The notes below the pieces were generated by a model that saw only the letters and a program-made list of their open reading frames with translations, did not search any database and was not told the DNA's origin. Both the position numbers and the translations under genes were made by a program. From a virus, in IMG/VR virus record IMGVR_UViG_3300042291_001568, positions 52,823 through 116,822 of that record: 64,000 nucleotides of DNA; one strand, 5' to 3'. The first letter of the stretch is position 1. Each line of letters opens with the position of its first letter. This document shows, one piece after another, positions 12,001-18,900 of this stretch.

Positions 12001-15000
12001 TACTAGAAGAACTTGGTGTTGAATTGTCGCATCCACTAGTCAAAGGCAGAGAAACAACTGCGCTTACTTATGAAAATCCAATAGAACCTGATTGGACGTA
12101 CAGAACAGTTATTATTGATGCATCAGATGACAACGTTAAGCAAGTACAGATTAGCGATAATGAAACCTCAGAAGTTGGCTGGTTCACGGCTGACCAAATA
12201 AAGGAAATGAATAGCCAAGGAATGCTTCATCCGTCGCTTAATAACAACATTGAAGAAATCTTAAAGCTGTCAGAAAAAACACCAGTTGAAAAGCCAGTTA
12301 GAGACTGGAGTGGCCTAGACATAGAAAAAATGGAAACTCTACCTAGTGGCTTAGCTTCCAAAAAAGGCATATCAACATTAGATGAATACTTTGAAGCTGA
12401 AGAAGCCTTTTATAGCCTCATTGCATTAGACCGAGAGTTCGATGCGGGGCAACTTGCGGCGATGATTACGCAATCTCTAGAGTCAAGTAATGCTAAAAAA
12501 TCAATGCTTGATAGGTGGGAAAAAGATCACTCTATGTCGGCATCACTAGAAGATCAACTAACCGACTACATAGATAGCTCTGACAAAATCGGCAACTCAC
12601 CTATTGCCCGTTGGTTTGAAACAGTAGACTCTGACGCGATCGATCAAAGACAACTCCAAATAGAAGCTGGGTACGAAAAATACTCGGGACTTGGTAAGAT
12701 AATTGAAAGAACAGGCAGACCTAGAGTTATTCCAGACGTTGAACAAGACTTTACCAAGTCAAATTTTGCAGAAATTCCAAGTCTTATGGCTGCTGCTCAG
12801 GCTGTCGTAAACAAGAAGCGCGCAAGCGGAAGTCAAGAGGTTGCAATATCTGCGATGGTTGATAGCGGTGATATTGAAGATCTGGAAGTACGCGCATCAA
12901 CAGTTGTAGACGAAAATGGAGAAAGAAAACTGCGACTGCGGTACACGCTTACCTCGTGGGCTGGTGTCGCTTTTGGCAATCGTGTTGCTAAAGATCCTGA
13001 CTATAGAAGAGATGTAGTGAAAATGCCAAGTTCTTTTCTGAATAGCAATAAAGACATTGTTCTAGACAGCGGCACTGCTGTGTGGCAATTTGATGAAGGA
13101 GTTTCCTATGTGTGGGATTCAGAAGACCTAGGTACCGTAGAAGATCAAAAAAGACCATTTACAATTACTTTTGTCCAAGCGTCTGACGACCCAAATCAAG
13201 AAGAACTATATCTGAGCACCAGTGCTCGTGCACCAAACGCTCTTCATAACCAAGTTGTCATTGATCTTCCGTTGGATGCGACAAATGCTGAAATAACAGA
13301 TGCGCTAGGACTAGGCGGAGTGCGAGATCCGAGACCGACAACCCAAAAAGACCTAGAAATTGCGGTAGAAAATAGATTTCTTAGCCTTTTTGGAAAAATG
13401 ACAGATGCAACTCAAAACGCTGAGTCGCAGGGGAAAAGACAAAGAATGCTAGACACGATTAAAGCTGACTGGGGCGTGTCGCCTAGCGATGTAACTGTGT
13501 CAGTGAGCTCTACTGGCCATATTGAGTACCGTATTCCAGAGGATGTTGCAATAGAAATAGAAAAGTCAACAGGTGTCAAGTACATGAACCACAGCATATT
13601 CACTTCCGCGTATATAAAAGATTATGAAAAACAAAACGAAAAAAAGCCAGGCTACATTGACTACCATAGCATGACTCCACGTCAAAAAGCTGATGTAATT
13701 GCTGAAGGTCTTATGAAGTTGATAGAAGCCGGCGGACTTATGTCTACAGTCAGCCGTTATCAAGAAGGTCGGCAGTTTTTTGGAATGTCTTCTAACGAGG
13801 ATATGGGCACTGGCGGCGCCGACTATGTATTCCTTACACCAGCAGATGACTTCGTGGGCTCTATCGGAACTCCATTTAGAGAAGAAGACGCAGCCATAGC
13901 ATTTAATGCACGAAATCTGCTCCAAAGAATAGATATATACGCGAACAGGGACGATAAGTATGGCGAAAGAAGAGAGTCGCAAGACATTATTAGCAACATT
14001 GGAGTGTACACGCACGAATTCATGACAAAACACGGCGCGTCTCTTGATGATGCTAAGCACATGTCAGTGTCGCGGTTAGTGCGTGAGTCTTTGCTAAAAA
14101 AGCTAGCTCAAAAGAATATCAGCAAAATTGGCGGAAGAGACGTGGAAGAAGTTATTGTTGAAACTGGATCAAAAAGAACTCAGGACATCATACAAAGTAA
14201 TTCTGCTGGCAAAGATAACATTTTATTATTTAATAATTATTTGGAAAGTATTGACGCTGAGCCAGTTAACTTTAACGAGTATGTTGCTACAATAGAAGCG
14301 GCCTCAACATCTCTTGAGGGCCCAAGCTCGTCGTACAACAAAAAAACTATAACGTACTACCCGGCACCTGAAGGATCAGTTGTACTAGCTACTAGGCACG
14401 CTACTAGCCCTAACATGCTGCTAAAAGACGGTGACATGTTGATCGTTCGGCACCCAGATGGGACACTTTGGCAGTACCCGGCAATTTCTACAGGTGACTA
14501 TTCTTGGGGAAGTGAGCCGAACGTGATGACTGATAGCGGCCTGGCAGCAACTATAACGGAACTAAGACTGCCTGTTCCAGATGCACCAGACTGGACTAGC
14601 AAGCAGTACGTACCTCTTGGAGTTCAAAAATACCCGAAAGAAACACAGCAAATAGCAGCTATTGAAAGTATCAAAAAAGGATTAGCTGATAAAACGATAT
14701 CTAAAAGTTCTGCTATAGCAAAACTAATTGAACTTGCAGGAATGCCGATAACGCTTGCTTCACGAGCTGCTGTAGTTACAGCGTTGGATGGAATGAAAGA
14801 CGTAACAGACCCTATGACGTCTGCTGGTCAGCAATTAGAAAACATTCCAGCAAATCTATCGTCATTCATCGAGCGCATGGAAACTAATAACTACATCGCG
14901 TCTCCAGCAATTCTTGAAATGACTTCTGGAGAAGACATAGGATCAACTAGAGTAGTGTATTCTATAAGAAAAGAAGCAATAAGCAACGGGCAAGGCGGAA

Positions 15001-15170
15001 AGCAAATAGCAGTCATGGCAATGACAGCACTAGGCGGAATGTACTTTCCATTAGATCTAAAAACGGGACTAATTTTTGACACTGAAAAAAGTATTGGTAT
15101 ATTCTCAAGCCGTGGTATAGAGTATAAGATAAGAGGATTGAGCCCTTCCGAACAGCACAAGTTGCTGTGA
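15..15170 (+). CDS. Giant polyvalent protein (>=5051 aa), head-module associated; probably 5'-truncated by the window edge
   Basis: Uninterrupted ORF; the frame is also open from nt 3 to the TTG at 15. Motifs: WYL-like x3 (~1203-1380, 1516-1695, 2049-2235); KTSC (~2373-2575); R-S-ExE ART (~4750-5115); PI3K/HipA-like kinase YYIK..DAWLANYD..RVDPGG (~5193-5877); DEDDh exonuclease FDYETTG..AHNAPFD..HTADAD (~6243-6860); UvrD-like helicase AAAGAGKT..MDEAQD..SVHQAKG..YVGVTRA (~7273-9120); VIP2-like ART FRG..YSSTS..EKE (~10275-10800); Nudix x2 (~11040-11460, ~11805-12270); possible H-Y-E ART (~13570-14150). Confidence 0.9.
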   Translation: MVIKAHGYEENSMERAHAFARLAAMGPGFVPITASIDLNTATSAYTEFVFGLGLGGNSDMARRLRAKMQRRDRLGRFAFMGGGFSFSFRSKDGRFSKVSGRVVGASGDQDSIDIEVKNHPRLADGIYAMPSSRGTAVRAILDDEIIKDLPQADIDIAADDVFVDEASLTRMMAPTGWTTEESSTQGGKAVSWVHKSEDGYEVYDSPGDPFGRFQLRREKGNGARQPFPKVKSWADVQKQAISDQDLYKDYLEKEQINQDKNKAFDEAAKSGEGPPSKALPGRAWVKHENGQWYERELGRNYDVADEELQKIAKEATGPYLPPKDNDFGKKYKTSTGKWKEWDEGSDESWQYKQDYQKRLNGEYSKLKRLQEAQKAGLFDPKSDIATVRDINGDSSVGEQLRSAITDTAAVRFNYDGKYDVQFTPKSSYVNKKTGKTNFVGLDTKGVQRTYAADKIAPPKSAAKTEVKATIPDAPEAPPVDTTPDVVDLKAAIEGMKLGETKEYVAGLAAKKQKVRFNYSGSERVVEPIEVWVNGQTGRINLRAIDKDVKKNFSFDKIEAPKPSERDIARDQRNADRVDENINNPDNWELKPVGYPATRSEWNYIGPRPRSEDSVGPYISPPQSVLDKYAKDLFGPKDGGPNVDETDTSTDFPMSPEERAAAKARPSERVTNLDGLKGDELTAAIDKAIADKKPLKFTYHEKERLVRPLEVWTNPKTGKVNLRAVEADADTDKNFTLEKIGKPVDEKIKQIDADDIINMPQEQLDDVVDALWPAAAPSQQVAPEATGRRIVDASSSTAVERVEYDPATKELFIQFKSSKDGKGGGVYKYSDVAPEFVDRLESGSIGKMIPELKKNNSSEKLDEFPAGGSGGPGEPPAGGPVVPGNTGDDAVDKLRQAQALIAEMEDSGAFDAAKVDDAIKLVNSASSDFDSFVKSKDAVNQGNAEGQIKNLLEELDDLKSREDVDLAPNFDDYILDVELDVIRFGESDDDGPGEPPTGGPSAGTPGDDAVDKLRQAQALIADLEDSGKYDAKKANAAIKLVEEASKDFDSFLMSKDAVNQGDAEGQIKNLLEELKDLRNRKDVDLAPNFDDYLLDVEADIIRFSELDDDGTGGPGAPSEPPAGGPVNPDKYETEYGFDYPKKVTDENGNQVSRVIVDVVTEDMSLEEIERDFKKKFPGGAMKVIRQRGTNGWPEVQYDVRPGDEDKLGKWYSGDLEPYDYAGDADALDDADTRNLPTAQDYMDDPAVAEDADAGSFFDEPMFDSLFDTPDGAYKLNVFEAYRPVGRTTEDSEDFTDDPDVLATKFDVTELGRALAQAVLPLTNDQATGYGNLPFESGDEPVKAEALYEALGAARMTPNLVLAGLYDSMLDPERGLTNVERITDVSRNDSSLDNGIDDPFTAEILPVADRSAEIDAAIALNEKIGSYRYASNGVQKMRDHSENNPKMLDIAKDLTQREDDDVQFDTINLIDLLDKYLPWASSSDADERDAFRGLWGMMMSLDGGSSIESDSRFEGFRREILSSFERRSGNPTLAQDDYDEFVLQYGGFPEFVAGKKAIADGQDDLSAETSAAAFFRLVKASSRPNTAPLWRSIGVAEGSSEFQKYTVPGSRFDMDPRSFTAQSLETGTFGDIAYSPTDKKIERVIFKLDPGDGDTISAESVSWFPDERENIAFGSFEVIEVTRQPSQLGKTRNDDYVVRIRKVDSGNQTDEQSALPAPGQFSEATQHGDISGWTQVGNQAGSNPGGFYDDPAGNSYYIKQARSQSHADNEALASAFYKELGVPAAEVGFGEKDGVLHLVTPLIDGATPNFEEKVYGGDNEYVKKVQDNFAVDAWLANYDIVGMVYDNVVSDANGEPVRVDPGGALMWRAQGKPKPWFGDTVDELDSMRDPDVNEQAANVFGTMSDDQIKASAQKVANLTPERIEEIIDSVVTSPDDAALLKERLLNRRQYIMDRFGFEEPTDVLGEPQSIASEMGIASKDLQAGDVTVGDSFVIERIFTDADTKKGKVSVQGYFPGHESQVKQWNENTVIMATRGGQLPAKGDAPALHRPVAPAKPQPAAFTGSIADELSGAQSWDEVRSILRGKTIVFFDYETTGFPDKKTGDKSSNQPAQLGAVKVVDGQIVDRFNLFMNPEEPLGGWSRDNLKGADGTPLTDEQLATALDKGEAHRQFIEWAGQDVILAAHNAPFDLGVMNETLGKKGLEYAPTGGVIDTLKLAQTVIASKKAAAHHVNKDQIKTGDPSGPDTHRLGDLASHFGVELGDGWHTADADSEATSNVLNSLIDYAAGADGGDTSLRSVLDAGDSYQSNMAEFEARSAQFKDELANYEIQKAIAAAWNCRGGTVASIAALIAAIDDPDCNVPSIDDLIKAATPGGTDFVDPEGLHTGDSSTGDAYTLEAEEIPEMDGVEPPFIPGIEDPDDEFRPSDQQQAVVEALFTGGDIVIRAAAGAGKTSTLKILARRLQKHKPKERVAYIAFNATVAAEARESMPSNVEVRTADSISVNWTKLNFPKLHKKKGAKDTLYSPSDIATHLKVPAMTGMDNKGKPAKLPVSESVKELRKAIYQFTISADKEIGPQHFDSDAVEASDIPKLVEAAERWWADILSENGKMLFSFPHMKKMWALSNPDLSDDSGGLKTPASVIFMDEAQDINPVLGRVIAAQTAQKVYVGDENQAIYQFMGAEDELQKVTVQHDLPLTKSYRFGEVIARNANRYLRFKERFLGEKKTFAVEGAGKFPGEIVAAGSMKNAQAVLVRSNAGAFREVRTELLNDRIVGVTKGFKADLDNFIIAVDWLQAPEATRGSRPMRVPEELRGYKNWAEIVDEAAKEGDSDFSRKTRILVDDVEQLGLEELKSLASRVKVLKGKVNTKVVDDGSLPDLPDDLSPGVEGDVGRDITFSVEEDAIVLRGSTYGVKDQIKTANGGPAKYDGDRKAWIIPAKTDKARQAGLEKLQKVLAPETVAEASYVDVVVSSVHQAKGAEWDEVRMGNDFFGPRKPKKSDGGEDADWIMPTPVELNLAYVGVTRAKKTLDPGSLNWIDSWVKSDDPEIMGLVDGVVVAPEAPEAPEAPTAASEDDSSAPTTSPDVDDEVAETAETIESVGEAVEGTNDPFGPGGEAPSAEQQAKDLEDSFNELSDYADSLTDPEGENNLKTGAKNKVKKAQKDLKQLQKDLEDGSITQAEATTKLQQMIAEFPDSDSNTEEALDMWTYRQTMIDLESVLTGERYMRPTGKGLPPRDAVDSKGRPVGFSKNGKFIRLGTRVRDKWGFSGTVDSYNENDWINVNVRYDIDPRDPAKVKKGKWGPGVARVSKNSRTLTVIEPGDREPWIDNGSVPENKKPKQIEEQTRIHLDMLEKRGETAWDGSEKDRQEPGGDLPKAEAPQGATEAPEESKASKAEFIKNSDFVDVLAEYYTTAKQAFNKGTLTKKDWDRVQSYFGSDSIAVNNFLRSGKRLWLTNDKDTIENVIKSIDDIFDVAGVELPGNVIVFRGIYDADKLFPDGVKPGDVFDDLGYSSTSIKSDVARTFTNTDETATVLAITVPSGTKMLANNTAIQAGQQKKEKEILLPRGLTFKVTSVTERTKPNKAYSFLPETYREIAVEIVSTPNAKAPKAEEIPAPPPWNPDVDAPEETAPTVANAKPSVELAAAADDARVSLDAYFDESFDKDDVEQATNSFSLKKTSHGQAADAVVYRKGADGFEVLMISREYGPFRGAMALPGGFRDGEESFADTADREMAEEVGIVAADAIKRTDLGTVLDSPDWDPRFVKGMSVGAVAYEVDGDKVEVTAGDDATGAVWIPVLDLANGKYPIAFGHATWLAEAFRDNRKYNRKFEIIKQASKERNTRLIEKINAVRSDLNEPVFEQYGPKAPDWVPEGPGRWRGAALTVDSDGVTIANGTVFDDVEKLKNGSLKPPVLPFFAPMGSEDAKDGDGYYFAKSGKRYWGRWGAEGVLLRKQGAGGEVQYLLGKRADWISSGGGKWAYPGGAHGTQFNAERGGTTGRAEILEELGVELSHPLVKGRETTALTYENPIEPDWTYRTVIIDASDDNVKQVQISDNETSEVGWFTADQIKEMNSQGMLHPSLNNNIEEILKLSEKTPVEKPVRDWSGLDIEKMETLPSGLASKKGISTLDEYFEAEEAFYSLIALDREFDAGQLAAMITQSLESSNAKKSMLDRWEKDHSMSASLEDQLTDYIDSSDKIGNSPIARWFETVDSDAIDQRQLQIEAGYEKYSGLGKIIERTGRPRVIPDVEQDFTKSNFAEIPSLMAAAQAVVNKKRASGSQEVAISAMVDSGDIEDLEVRASTVVDENGERKLRLRYTLTSWAGVAFGNRVAKDPDYRRDVVKMPSSFLNSNKDIVLDSGTAVWQFDEGVSYVWDSEDLGTVEDQKRPFTITFVQASDDPNQEELYLSTSARAPNALHNQVVIDLPLDATNAEITDALGLGGVRDPRPTTQKDLEIAVENRFLSLFGKMTDATQNAESQGKRQRMLDTIKADWGVSPSDVTVSVSSTGHIEYRIPEDVAIEIEKSTGVKYMNHSIFTSAYIKDYEKQNEKKPGYIDYHSMTPRQKADVIAEGLMKLIEAGGLMSTVSRYQEGRQFFGMSSNEDMGTGGADYVFLTPADDFVGSIGTPFREEDAAIAFNARNLLQRIDIYANRDDKYGERRESQDIISNIGVYTHEFMTKHGASLDDAKHMSVSRLVRESLLKKLAQKNISKIGGRDVEEVIVETGSKRTQDIIQSNSAGKDNILLFNNYLESIDAEPVNFNEYVATIEAASTSLEGPSSSYNKKTITYYPAPEGSVVLATRHATSPNMLLKDGDMLIVRHPDGTLWQYPAISTGDYSWGSEPNVMTDSGLAATITELRLPVPDAPDWTSKQYVPLGVQKYPKETQQIAAIESIKKGLADKTISKSSAIAKLIELAGMPITLASRAAVVTALDGMKDVTDPMTSAGQQLENIPANLSSFIERMETNNYIASPAILEMTSGEDIGSTRVVYSIRKEAISNGQGGKQIAVMAMTALGGMYFPLDLKTGLIFDTEKSIGIFSSRGIEYKIRGLSPSEQHKLL
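2620..3390 (+). repeat. Tandem duplication, 357-nt (119-aa) unit, inside the giant gene
   Basis: ggtgacgatgctgttgataaactgcgccaagcacaggcgctcatcgccg occurs at 2670 and 3027. A GPGEPPAGGP-like linker occurs three times. Confidence 0.92.
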
Positions 15171-15201
15171 GTAAGACCAACGACAGACGAGGCACTATAG
15201 T

Positions 15202-15921
15202 ATGGTAGAGCAAAATAGTAAGCAAAAAACCAAGTGGCCTGAAGCGCTAAAAGAAGGCGACGTTTTGTACGCTATCATGGGAGATGACGCTGTCGTCGAG
15301 TACCTAGTCTTTTCAAGCGTTGATAAGAAAATGACATACATTCGCGATAACGGAAATTGGACGCGAATTAGAGAAACTTTTTTTGAAGAAGTTGACGACC
15401 CTAGCTTAGTAAATGAGCCAGTTGATATTTCATTTATAGAAGAATTTGACAAAAAAGAAGCAAACGGCGAGCAAGCCGTGTTGTACGAAAAAGAAAACGC
15501 TGTCACTGCTGCGGCGCCAGACGCTTGCCCACCAGCGACACAGGATATTGGAATAAATCTAAAAAATCGCAAAAGAGCGATCAATAGAGCGGGGTACGGG
15601 CCATTAAATCCTGAAGAGCCAAATGAAGCTTTCTGGCAAAACAAAGCGTCGCTTTGGTCAATTAAGCCAGAAGAAGCTAAGACAAGTCTATGCGGTAACT
15701 GTGTAATGTTCACAGTTACTACTAAAATGAAAGAATGCATCGCTACAGGTATTTCACAGGGTGGATCTAGTTCTTCCGACGCCTGGGACGCTATTGATGC
15801 TGCACAGCTTGGATATTGCGAAGCGTTTGACTTCAAATGCGCCGCCACGAGAACTTGTGATGCTTGGGTAACTGGCGGACCAATTGATGATGCGAAAGGT
15901 ACAAATAACAGCAATGATTAA
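15202..15921 (+). CDS. Hypothetical head-module protein with Cys-rich C-terminal domain
   Basis: 239-aa ORF between the giant gene and the protease gene. C-terminal CPPATQD..YGPLNP..CGNC..C..YC..FDFKC..RTCDAW. Confidence 0.75.
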   Translation: MVEQNSKQKTKWPEALKEGDVLYAIMGDDAVVEYLVFSSVDKKMTYIRDNGNWTRIRETFFEEVDDPSLVNEPVDISFIEEFDKKEANGEQAVLYEKENAVTAAAPDACPPATQDIGINLKNRKRAINRAGYGPLNPEEPNEAFWQNKASLWSIKPEEAKTSLCGNCVMFTVTTKMKECIATGISQGGSSSSDAWDAIDAAQLGYCEAFDFKCAATRTCDAWVTGGPIDDAKGTNNSND

Positions 15922-18900
15922 CCTTTTTGGAACTTCTGGGAATTACTTACTATTTACTGATGGAAGTAGTGGAGTAATCATCGACACCGCTACAAATACA
16001 GTCGATGCGACAGGATCTATTGAAAGTCTGTCATACGCTATGCCCTGGGCAAAAGAAGACATCTCAGCAGACAGCGTGGCACACGAATTAGCTCATGGCG
16101 CTCTTGCCGATCTACGAGTTCAGTCTCTTACTGCTTCAGCGCGATTGTACACAATACCTAAAGCTGCACAAGAAGAAGCAAAGCGCGGTCTTGCATGGAG
16201 AAAAGAGCACAAACGTGGCGGAACACCTGTCGGTGTAAACAGCGCGAGGACTCTTGCTGCAGGCGGACAAATCGGACTTGAGAAAGTAAGGCATATTGCA
16301 AAGTACTTTCCTCGTCACGAAGTTGACAAGAAAGGCGCAGGATACCGAGTAGACGAAAAAGGCTATCCTTCAGCAGGAAGAATTGCCTGGGCGCTTTGGG
16401 GTGGAGACGCTGCATGGCGCTGGGCTCAAGCGATCGTAGAACGTGAAAATAAAAATGCAGTTACGTCAGCAGGATACATAAACGTATCAACAGAGACAGA
16501 TTTGTACGCGCTTTCAATGTCGTACGATGCTGACCTCGCTGCGTTTAAGCAAGCAAGTCTTGCCAATGAGGGAGGACCAACGTTTGCGGTTCGTGTATCA
16601 CGAGCAGACGACACTATTGACAGACTGTATTTAGTCAGTGAAGAAGGAGATGTTTCTGTCTGGGACTCAAAAGGTTGGGACAACCTAGGCCAGACTGATA
16701 ACGACATTTTTTCCTGTGATAGGACACTAGATGAGCCAGAGTACTCTGATGCTTCGGCAGAGCACTATCTAATTGATCACCAATCTGCATTGTCTATTTC
16801 AGCACAACTGCAGCAGAATCCTTTTACAAAAATATCTGTGGCAAGTCTTGACCCAGAAGAATATGAAGTATACGCGTCAGGCAAAGAAGAAGTAGACTGG
16901 GATTTCATTGACGCGATTACAGCTGCCGGTGAAGAATCAATTGGCGGAACTACCGCTGGGCCAGACGATGGGTACACACCAGAGGAACGTTCAGCAAAAG
17001 CACGAAAGCAAGTCCGCGATAAAGGCGGCAAGTTTTCTAAAATGGGTGGCCGCGTTGTTGTCAACGGCGACTCAACAACTCGTGGAGCTATCACTGGCAT
17101 CGACGGTGCGAGCGGGAACGTTGTAGTAAAGCTAGACTCGGGCGTTTCGGTGCAAGTGCCTGCTACTCAGACTCAAGATGAATCTTCATTTGAAAACCCA
17201 GACGTTCAACAGGGTGGACCATCTACTGGCGCACCGTTAGACACTTCAGGAATTCTTGGTCAGCCTAGGACGCCAATTGATAGGCCTAACGCAAAGATAC
17301 CGGGAACTTTGCCAGCGTTGACTCCAAATGATCTTCAAAGTATTTTGTATAACTTCCCAGCGTGGGTAAAGCAACAGCGTGATGCCGCAGGCAGCGACAC
17401 TTCAGCAGAAACTGGGCGACCTGTTGCAAAAACTAAAGATGATTACGCTAAAGAAAGAGAAGATTACTACAAAAAGCGAGAAAAAGAAACTGGCACTAAG
17501 TACGAGTTCCGTGAAGCCGACTTACGTGATCATCCGCTTACAAAAAAACTTTTTGCTGGGTCAAACAAGAAAAACAATTTGTACTACAACCCAATTAGAG
17601 GGTCAGCACCGGCAGACGCAGTAGCGAAGCCTGAGCCTCAAGGTATTGGTGAGCCACTAACGCCAGAGACCAGCGATGTTCAGCCGTTGTACATGGCAAT
17701 CGTATCGCCAGAAGATCCTTCAGCGGTTTTTGATCTTATTTGCCTTATTCCAGCGAATAGCAAATCAGTAGTGCCAACAATTTTCAAGCGTGCTGACAGC
17801 AAATGGGTTCAAGACGACAAGATACTAGCGGACCTTACCTCAGCAACTCCTCCTCCAGTCGTGCCGCTAAGTGGAGATGCTCTTGACAGCACGTTGCAAC
17901 AGCTCGATGGGATAGTTGCGTCGGCGTTGCTCGCAGAAGGTGGACTAGATAGGAACAGAGGAAACGCAGAGAAGCTACGTCATTATTGGCTATACGGTCG
18001 TGGCGCTATAAAGATTCGTTGGAATACTCCTGGAGACTGGACTCGTTGCTATCGTCACTTAATGAAATACATGGGTCCTCGTGCTAAAGGCTATTGCGCA
18101 TTGCGCCATAAAGAAGCAACAGGCTTTTGGCCAGGCAGCAAATACAACATCGGTAAAAAGAACATCCGTGGCAGTGCTGCGCTAGAAGCTACGTTACTTA
18201 GTGAAGATGTCATCCTCGAGAAACTATTCCTACAAGCCACGGCCCAAAGCGCTCGAAACCGGGTTATCTTAGCTGCCGGTGCGTATGAAATCAATAGCAA
18301 CACTGTGCAACCAGCGTCAACAGGCGCTAAGTTTTCAATACCTCTTGTAATACCAGAAGGTGTTGAAACTGGCGATGGCCGTATATTTAATGATAAAGCT
18401 ATTACAATCAGAGAACTTCCACTGCCGCTTTTGTGGCAAATAGAAACAGCAGACGGTCATAACGGATCAGTAGTTGTCGGCAGGATTGACCACATGGAAC
18501 GAATTGATGGCGGAATTGGCCTAGGAACTGGTGTGTTTGACACGAGCCCTCACGGTAAAGAAGCCGAAAGAATGGTTCGTGAAGGATTTATCCGTGGAGT
18601 TTCAGCCGATCTTGACAAGTTTGAAGCTGAAGAAGAAGAAGAAGAAAAAGAAGAAAAAATAGCCGATATTGAACTTGCAAAAACAAAAAAGAAAGCAAAG
18701 AAAATTGGCGGAGACAAAATCAACATAACTCAAGCAAGAGTAATGGCGGTTACCATAGTACCTAAGCCCGCGTTTGAAGAGTGCGCAATATATATTGTCA
18801 ACTCAGAAGAATACGGCAATAACCAGGAGGAAATAATGGAAGCACTTCCAGACGGAATTTACATCGATGATGACATTGATCCAATCGATGCGCAGTCACT

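Noticed and set aside
15-15170. Inteins or stop-codon recoding as an explanation for the giant ORF
   Set aside because: No intein splice-junction or LAGLIDADG motifs recognised; genes throughout end normally at TAA, TAG and TGA under the standard code.
18629-18700. Poly-Glu then Lys-rich run in the protease as a slippage or phase-variation site
   Set aside because: GAA triplet changes keep the frame; best explained as a charged flexible loop.
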